Source: Patescibacteria group bacterium
GTDB taxonomy: Bacteria; Patescibacteriota; Minisyncoccia; Portnoybacterales; UBA2143
Reading direction: 5' to 3'
NCBI GenBank assembly: GCA_042571625.1
Contig: JBHPFQ010000001.1
Location: 1 to 55,526, forward strand
Length of the DNA: 55,526 bases
The notes under the pieces were generated by a model that ran no database searches, was not told the DNA's origin, and worked only from the letters and a program-made list of their open reading frames with translations. A program made the position numbers and the translations under genes. Of the stretch, positions 49,963 through 55,526 are shown piece by piece; positions within the stretch are counted from its first letter, which is position 1, and each line of letters starts with the position of its first letter.

Positions 49963-50204
49963 AAGATGAAAGCAATGAATCTTTTTTAAACCCTGTCGAA
50001 TGACAGGGCAAAAAGACACATCATCCCGTTATACAACGGGACGCTCTTGTTTGTAACCGCTAACGCGGACAAACAAGGCGAACTCTCAATAAAAAATTTT
50101 TCAAAAAATAAAAATTTTCAAAAAAAAATTAGTTTGGGCAACTGCATAAAATTGCAATTGCTATTGCTGGTATTTAATTTTTAGGAAACTAATGAAATGA
50201 TATA

Positions 50205-50852
50205 CTATCTTAACTTTCGTGTCAACTGCTTCTTCCACTTTTCAATTTCCTTATGATTTCCAGATAAAAGAACTTCTGGAGCTCTCCAATTTTTAAAAAT
50301 TTCAGGACGAGTATATTGCGGATATTCAATAATTTTATCTTTTGAAAAACTTTCTTCTCTTAAAGATTCTTTTGTTATAACTCCTGGAATTAAACGTGAA
50401 ATAGCATCAACCATAATCATCGCAGGCAATTCTCCGCCGGTTAAAACATAATCGCCAATAGAAACTTCTTCGTCCGCAATATGCTCAGCCACGCGCTCAT
50501 CAACTCCCTCGTACCTACCACATATTAAAATAATATTATCTAATTTAGAAAATTTTCTCGCCATTTTCTGATCAAATTTTTTCCCTTTAGCAGATAATAA
50601 TATAGTCTTTATTTTCTTATTTTTCTTTTTAATATCTTCAACCGCCTTATAAATCGGCTCCACCATCATAACCATTCCTGCTCCACCTCCGTATGGTTTA
50701 TCATCAACATGTTTAAATTTGTCGCTCGCATAATCTCTTAAATTAATAGTATTAATTTTTATTAATTCTTTTTTTTGCGCACGGCCAATAATACTTTCAT
50801 TAAAATATGAACCAAAAATATTAGGGAAAATTGTAATAATATTAAATGTCAT
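50205..50852 (-). CDS. trmD: tRNA (guanine37-N1)-methyltransferase
   Basis: 215 aa. FNIITIFPNIF start, DDKPYGGGAGMVM and GRYEGVDERV motifs. Confidence 0.9.
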   Translation of the reverse strand: MTFNIITIFPNIFGSYFNESIIGRAQKKELIKINTINLRDYASDKFKHVDDKPYGGGAGMVMMVEPIYKAVEDIKKKNKKIKTILLSAKGKKFDQKMARKFSKLDNIILICGRYEGVDERVAEHIADEEVSIGDYVLTGGELPAMIMVDAISRLIPGVITKESLREESFSKDKIIEYPQYTRPEIFKNWRAPEVLLSGNHKEIEKWKKQLTRKLR

Positions 50853-50918
50853 CTATATAAGCAAAAACCACACTTATTATAGCGCGGTTTTTGCGATTAA
50901 CAAAATAATCAATGAAGA

Positions 50919-51278
50919 TTACAGTTTAAGGTCGCCGACTACTTCATCAACATCCTTATTAGATTCAATAGAAGCAGCTGTTGCTCCTTCTCTAGGAGCT
51001 CTTCCTCCAGCTGGCTCTTCAATCTTTAGATTAATCCGAGCATTATTCTTAGCTCCGATTACTCTTAAAAGAGTTCTTACTGCCTTAGCAGTAGATCCCT
51101 GTCGGCCAATAATCTGACCCATGTCTTCTGGATGAACCTTAAGAGTCAAAAGGACTCCCATTTCATCTATACGTCTTTCGACTACGACATCGTCAACGTG
51201 GTCAACAATTGATTTTATAACGAACTCAATAAATTCTTGATCTGCAGGTGTCTTTGTCATACTTTCTAATTTATTCAT
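50919..51278 (-). CDS. KH-domain RNA-binding protein (YlqC/UPF0109-like) with C-terminal extension
   Basis: The VHPEDMGQIIGRQGSTAKAVRTLL GxxG KH motif. Sits between rpsP and trmD as in many bacteria. Start is uncertain (ATG at 51278 or 51260; the track start is a TTG). Confidence 0.7.
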   Translation of the reverse strand: MNKLESMTKTPADQEFIEFVIKSIVDHVDDVVVERRIDEMGVLLTLKVHPEDMGQIIGRQGSTAKAVRTLLRVIGAKNNARINLKIEEPAGGRAPREGATAASIESNKDVDEVVGDLKL

Positions 51279-51319
51279 TATCTTTAATATCAAGCAGTCC
51301 GACCTTTGCTTTACGACTG

Positions 51320-51730
51320 CTATTCTTTTTCAATTTTACTCTTTTGGTCTGATTTGTCAATATTAGATTCTTCTTTAGTTTCCTCTGATTTATCATCCTT
51401 TTCATCTGATTTGATCTCTTTTTCAGATTCTTCATTTTTATCTTCAGTTTCTCCTTTTTTCTTTAATCTAATCTTTTTCTTAATCTTATCTCCCTTAATT
51501 ACTTCTTGACTAATTAATAAATTATGAACAGTATCAGATGTTTTTACACCCTGAGAAAGCCAATATTGTATTCTTTCTTTCTTCAAACTAGTTTCTTTTA
51601 AGCGCGGATTATAACTTCCTAAAATTTCCAAAGCTTTTCCACTTTTTGGTCCTGCTGTTTTCTGCGTTAAAATAACTCTGAAACTTGAAGAGTTTTTTTT
51701 GCCTGTTTTAATTAAACGAATTATTAACAT
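51320..51730 (-). CDS. rpsP: 30S ribosomal protein S16 with Lys/Glu-rich C-terminal extension
   Basis: 136 aa. MLIIRLIKTGKKNSSSFRVIL...GSYNP S16 signature. Confidence 0.9.
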   Translation of the reverse strand: MLIIRLIKTGKKNSSSFRVILTQKTAGPKSGKALEILGSYNPRLKETSLKKERIQYWLSQGVKTSDTVHNLLISQEVIKGDKIKKKIRLKKKGETEDKNEESEKEIKSDEKDDKSEETKEESNIDKSDQKSKIEKE

Positions 51731-51734
51731 AATA

Positions 51735-52421
51735 TTAATTCCATCCTTTCTTTTTTAGCGCATTTTTAGCTGCATCCATTTGAGCATTTTGTTTAGAGAC
51801 TCCCTCGCCCTCGGCAATCAAATCTTTTCCAATATAAGCTCCAACAATAAAATGTTTTTCATGGTCAGGTCCTGATTCTTTAATAACCTTATAATTAGGA
51901 GTTATCCCTAAATGCTCTTGTGATTTTTCTTGAAAACAACTTTTTGAATCTCGATAGAGCTTTTGATTTAATATTTTTGGAAGCTCTTTTAAAATATTTT
52001 TTTCTATAAACTTACTAGATGTCTCATATCCTTGGTCTAAATAAATCGCTCCTATAAGTGCTTCAAGCGCATCCGCTAATATGAATTTCCTTGCGCGTCC
52101 AGTATCTTTCTTCTCCCCCTTACTTAACAATAAATAATTATCAATATCTAATTTTTTTGCGACATCAGACAACATACTTGCATTAACTAAAGCCGCGCGC
52201 CAAGAGGTGAGATCGCCTTCCGGATTAGGATATTTACAATAAAGATTTTCTGTAACGACCATCTCTAAAACAGCATCTCCTAAAAATTCTAGCCGTTCGT
52301 TATGTTCTAAATAAAAATCAGGATTCTCATTCAAATATGAACGATGAATCATTGCTTGCTGAAGCAAATCCACATTATTGAATTTAATCTTTAATTTTTT
52401 TTCTAAATTAGATAAATTCAT
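51735..52421 (-). CDS. rnc: ribonuclease III
   Basis: 228 aa. NERLEFLGDAVLE signature and a C-terminal dsRBD (GPDHEKHF...G.G.SKQNAQ..AAKNAL). Confidence 0.9.
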   Translation of the reverse strand: MNLSNLEKKLKIKFNNVDLLQQAMIHRSYLNENPDFYLEHNERLEFLGDAVLEMVVTENLYCKYPNPEGDLTSWRAALVNASMLSDVAKKLDIDNYLLLSKGEKKDTGRARKFILADALEALIGAIYLDQGYETSSKFIEKNILKELPKILNQKLYRDSKSCFQEKSQEHLGITPNYKVIKESGPDHEKHFIVGAYIGKDLIAEGEGVSKQNAQMDAAKNALKKKGWN

Positions 52422-52859
52422 TTATTCATCCTTTCCCGGCTCTCCTATCTCTCTATATATTGTTCCAAGAACTCCATTTATAAACTTTCCAGACGATTCT
52501 CCGCCAAATGTCTTAGCAAGCTCAATCGCTTCGTTAATCGCAACTTTAGGAGGCACCTCATCCCGATTTCCAAATAAAAGCTCGTATAATCCAATTCGTA
52601 AAATATTACGATCAACAATTGTAATTTGATCAATCGGCCATTCTGGAGCTGACTTTTCAATAATCTTATCTATTTTAAGCAAATTATCAATTACTCCTTT
52701 AACTATCTGAAAAACAAAATCAGAGCTTTTAACCCCCGGCCCAAATTCTTTTATATTGCGATTAACAATTTCCTTTAATCTATTATTATCCATGCAATTA
52801 AAATCCCACTCATAGAGTGATTGCATCGCAATACTTCTTAAAAGATGACGATTAGCCAT
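52422..52859 (-). CDS. nusB: transcription antitermination factor NusB
   Basis: 145 aa. [13 protein letters not shown] start and [15 protein letters not shown] motif. Confidence 0.85.
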   Translation of the reverse strand: MANRHLLRSIAMQSLYEWDFNCMDNNRLKEIVNRNIKEFGPGVKSSDFVFQIVKGVIDNLLKIDKIIEKSAPEWPIDQITIVDRNILRIGLYELLFGNRDEVPPKVAINEAIELAKTFGGESSGKFINGVLGTIYREIGEPGKDE

Positions 52860-52874
52860 ATTAAAATTGAAAAA

Positions 52875-53162
52875 TTACTTTTTAGATAGTCCTTCTATGC
52901 TCAAATTTTTTCCTTCTACTGATTCATTGCTTTTTTTATCTGCCATTTCTTTTTCTTTTCTCTTTCGTTCTTTTTTATCTAATTTTGCTAAAACATCAAT
53001 AACTTCTCTACCAGCATAAGTTCCACAATTTGAACACATCCGATGAGGCAAAATAGGACTATTACATTTTGGACACAAAGAAACTTTCTTATCTTTTAAT
53101 TTAAGATGAGACCGCCTTCTATCCCTTCTTGATTTTGTATGTCTTTGTTTTGGAGCCGCCAT
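52875..53162 (-). CDS. rpmF: 50S ribosomal protein L32 with Lys-rich C-terminal extension
   Basis: 95 aa. MAAPKQRHTKSRRDRRRSH start and the CPKC...CSNCG zinc knuckle. Confidence 0.85.
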   Translation of the reverse strand: MAAPKQRHTKSRRDRRRSHLKLKDKKVSLCPKCNSPILPHRMCSNCGTYAGREVIDVLAKLDKKERKRKEKEMADKKSNESVEGKNLSIEGLSKK

Positions 53163-53163
53163 A

Positions 53164-54468
53164 TTACTTTCTTTCCCCTAATTCTACTTCAATTATTTTT
53201 TCTTCTCCTTTATGTAAAATCTTTAACTTAATTTTATCTCCGACATTATATTTTTGAATCATATCAGATAATGGATTTTCTAAAGATATTCTTTCCCCTT
53301 CAATTTCTAAAACAATATCATTTTCTTGCAAATCAGACTTATCCGCAGGACCTCCAGGAATAATCGCTAAATCTCCAGGCTGATCACCTCGCACAATTAA
53401 AGCACCGTAATCAACTTCAAGATTATTTTTCTTCTGGATTTCCGAAGTTATTAAAATATAGCGAATTCCTAAAAACGGATATGTTATCTTACCTTCTTTT
53501 AATACTTGTTCCACATCTCTTTTTGCCTTATTAATAGGCAAAGCAAAACCAACATTTTCCGCTCCTTGAGCCATAGCAACACTAATAGCAATTGCTTCTC
53601 CGCGTAAATTTAATAAAGGACCGCCAGAATTTCCCTGATTAACAGCCGCATCTGTTTGAATAACTTCAGAAAGCAGTTCGCTTTCTCCATTACCGCTACT
53701 AGCTGTGATAGACCGCTTTAATCCAGATATAACTCCAACGCTTACTGTGTTTCTAAATTCACCTAAGGCATTCCCTATCACAATAGCTGTCTGTCCAATT
53801 TTGATATTATCAGAATCGCCTAATTTTATAGTAGAAAGACCTGTTTTGTCAATCCTTAGAATTGCAATGTCTTGAACTGGATCGCGCGCGACAACCTCTG
53901 CTGAAATTTTTTCTCCATCATTAGTCAAAACAGTATAGTCAGCTTCTTCATCAGAAACAACGTGTTTGTTTGTTAAAATCAAGCTTCCGTTTACCCCTTC
54001 TAATGAATCGCTAGAAATTATAAATCCAGTGCCTCCGCCAATTTCTTTTTCTTCTGTTCCCTTCTGCCGATACTGCGGAACTTGATAGCTAAAAGGATCT
54101 AAAAATCCATTGCCAAAAAATTGATCAAAAAAACCATTTCCATTAAATGGATTATATTCTTGATAATATTCTTCCATTACAGGCAAATCTTTTGTAACAA
54201 TAATGCTTACAACCGCAGGCGATGCCTTTTCTACGACATTAATAACAGCTTCTTCATAAGTAGCTGCTGAAAGATATGGATCTTCTCCTGAATTTACTTT
54301 TTCAATTTTCTGTTCTTTAACAAATTTAATTTCTCTAATATCGCTAAATAAATTATAACTCAAAACACCAACTATTATGCATACAAAAACAGCTGTTAAA
54401 AAACTTATTACAATAGAGATGATAACTGCTTCTCTATAATCTAAATTATTTTTTATGTTTTTTTTCAT
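53164..54468 (-). CDS. HtrA/DegP-family trypsin-like serine protease with PDZ domain
   Basis: 434 aa. N-terminal TM, TNKHV (His), DIAIL (Asp), GNSGGPLLN (Ser), and a C-terminal PDZ-like region. Confidence 0.85.
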   Translation of the reverse strand: MKKNIKNNLDYREAVIISIVISFLTAVFVCIIVGVLSYNLFSDIREIKFVKEQKIEKVNSGEDPYLSAATYEEAVINVVEKASPAVVSIIVTKDLPVMEEYYQEYNPFNGNGFFDQFFGNGFLDPFSYQVPQYRQKGTEEKEIGGGTGFIISSDSLEGVNGSLILTNKHVVSDEEADYTVLTNDGEKISAEVVARDPVQDIAILRIDKTGLSTIKLGDSDNIKIGQTAIVIGNALGEFRNTVSVGVISGLKRSITASSGNGESELLSEVIQTDAAVNQGNSGGPLLNLRGEAIAISVAMAQGAENVGFALPINKAKRDVEQVLKEGKITYPFLGIRYILITSEIQKKNNLEVDYGALIVRGDQPGDLAIIPGGPADKSDLQENDIVLEIEGERISLENPLSDMIQKYNVGDKIKLKILHKGEEKIIEVELGERK

Positions 54469-54817
54469 AATTTTTAATGGCTAGCCGCAATGCCTCCACC
54501 GCCAAATTGGCGCAATGCGTTTTTACTGGCGGGAGATTGCCTAGCGCGCCAGCCACATCTTTATAAGTAATTTTTTTAGCATAAGAAAGGGTTTTGCCCT
54601 TTGCTATTTCTGTAATCATTGAAGAAGTCGCAATAGCAGCCACGCACCCCATTGTCTCAAAAGAAATATCTATAATTTTATTATATTTAACTTTTAAATA
54701 AATAACCATAACATCCCCACAAACAGGATTCCCGGCTTTTGCAAAAGCATCTGCTGATTTCATTTTACCCATATTTTTAGGATTTTGGAAGTGTTGGATA
54801 ACTTTTTTTGAATACAT
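54446..54817 (-). CDS. IscU/NifU-type iron-sulfur cluster scaffold
   Basis: 123 aa. NPVCGDVM, GCVAAIA and HCANLA place the three conserved Cys at the usual spacing. Confidence 0.85.
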   Translation of the reverse strand: MYSKKVIQHFQNPKNMGKMKSADAFAKAGNPVCGDVMVIYLKVKYNKIIDISFETMGCVAAIATSSMITEIAKGKTLSYAKKITYKDVAGALGNLPPVKTHCANLAVEALRLAIKNYEKKHKK

Positions 54818-54821
54818 AAAA

Positions 54822-55526
54822 TTATTTGTTTAATCTTCCTGATATTTTTCTTAATTTATCTATAACCTTTGGCAAAACTTCTAAAACATAATCAATATCT
54901 TTATCAGATGTCTGCTTACCCAAAGACAATCTAATACTACAATGAGCTTGTTCTGATGTTAGACCGATTGCCAATAATATATGCGACGGCTTTAATGATT
55001 GACTGGCGCACGCAGAACCAGTGGAAATATAAATTCCCTTTTGAGATAATAATGTTAAAATACTTTCTCCTTCTGCTCCTGCAAAACTAAAATTAACATT
55101 ATTTGGCAAACGATTTTTTAATGGACCATTTAATTTTGAATTAGGAATTAACTTAATAATTCCATCAATTAATTTATCTCTAAGTTTTAGAATTCTTTTA
55201 TTTTCTTTTTTATTTATTTTAATTCTTTCTATAGCTTGTCCAAAGCCAACAATCCCAGGAACATTTTCCGTTCCTTGACGTAATCCAAATTCCTGGCTTC
55301 CATATCCAAGAATCGGCTCTAAATGAACGCCTGAACAAATATAAAGTGCTCCAACTCCTTTTGGTCCATATATCTTATGAGAATCAAGAGTCATTAAATC
55401 AACCCCAAGTTTGTTAACATTACAATCTAAATAATTAGGCGCTTGAGCTGCATCTATATGAAAAATAATCTTATTAGATTTTCTTTTTTTATTCTCTTTT
55501 TTAATAATTTCGCTGATATTCTTAAT
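54822..55526 (-). CDS. cysteine desulfurase (NifS/IscS-type), C-terminal part; continues beyond the right edge
   Basis: The track ORF starts at an internal Met. The same frame stays open to 55526 (hand translation ...FHIDAAQAPNYLDCNVNKLGVDLMTLDSHKIYGPKG with the PLP lysine motif SHK, and active-site STGSACAS). Confidence 0.85.
   Translation of the reverse strand: MKNISEIIKKENKKRKSNKIIFHIDAAQAPNYLDCNVNKLGVDLMTLDSHKIYGPKGVGALYICSGVHLEPILGYGSQEFGLRQGTENVPGIVGFGQAIERIKINKKENKRILKLRDKLIDGIIKLIPNSKLNGPLKNRLPNNVNFSFAGAEGESILTLLSQKGIYISTGSACASQSLKPSHILLAIGLTSEQAHCSIRLSLGKQTSDKDIDYVLEVLPKVIDKLRKISGRLNK

Overview
The window is AT-rich by eye (GC content not computed) and gene-dense, with about 60 supportable CDS. 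Most are on the minus strand and many overlap by 4-50 nt. It reads like a streamlined bacterial genome. I infer a Patescibacteria/CPR-like organism from three things: shortened housekeeping proteins, a CxxC-x17-CxxC zinc-ribbon protein, and GC-rich hairpin repeats in AT-rich intergenic DNA. This is not proven. The standard genetic code applies, since TGA ends def at its expected C-terminus.

Routine content:
- coaD-coaE, typA, GT4/GT2 glycosyltransferases, a cyclophilin and ybaB
- dnaX, GtrA plus two GT39-type glycosyltransferases, ftsQ-like, serS, lysS and greA
- mrdA-mreD-mreC, murC, tagA-family, def-fmt and rpsF-ssb-rpsR
- recA, ftsK, rpoB-rpoC and rodA
- trmD, a KH protein, rpsP, rnc, nusB, rpmF, htrA, iscU and a partial cysteine desulfurase
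- 16S, 23S and 5S rRNA, plus tRNA-Asn, tRNA-Gln and tRNA-Ile

Non-routine content:
1. The rRNA locus is split. A membrane-protein gene with its own RBS and promoter-like signals sits between 16S plus tRNAs and 23S-5S.
2. A CCA-encoding tRNA-like gene just downstream of 16S has an anticodon loop that cannot be drawn as 7 nt. Next to it is a rearranged copy of the tRNA-Ile 3' half.
3. A 3.7-kb accessory insertion lies between dnaX/tRNA-Gln and ybaB. It holds a repeat-bracketed convergent pair (UDG-fold-like and HEPN-like proteins), a SAM methyltransferase and a small Cys/Asp-rich peptide gene.
4. Several GC-rich hairpin elements are present, including a modular family with two copies that share three conserved blocks.
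5. A GC-rich 100-nt candidate leader or ncRNA is bounded by two terminator-like hairpins.
6. Several small ORFs carry consensus promoters, RBS and terminators.

No CRISPR array, transposase, integrase or reverse transcriptase was seen. All functional calls come from reading the sequence and recalling motifs; no database search was run.
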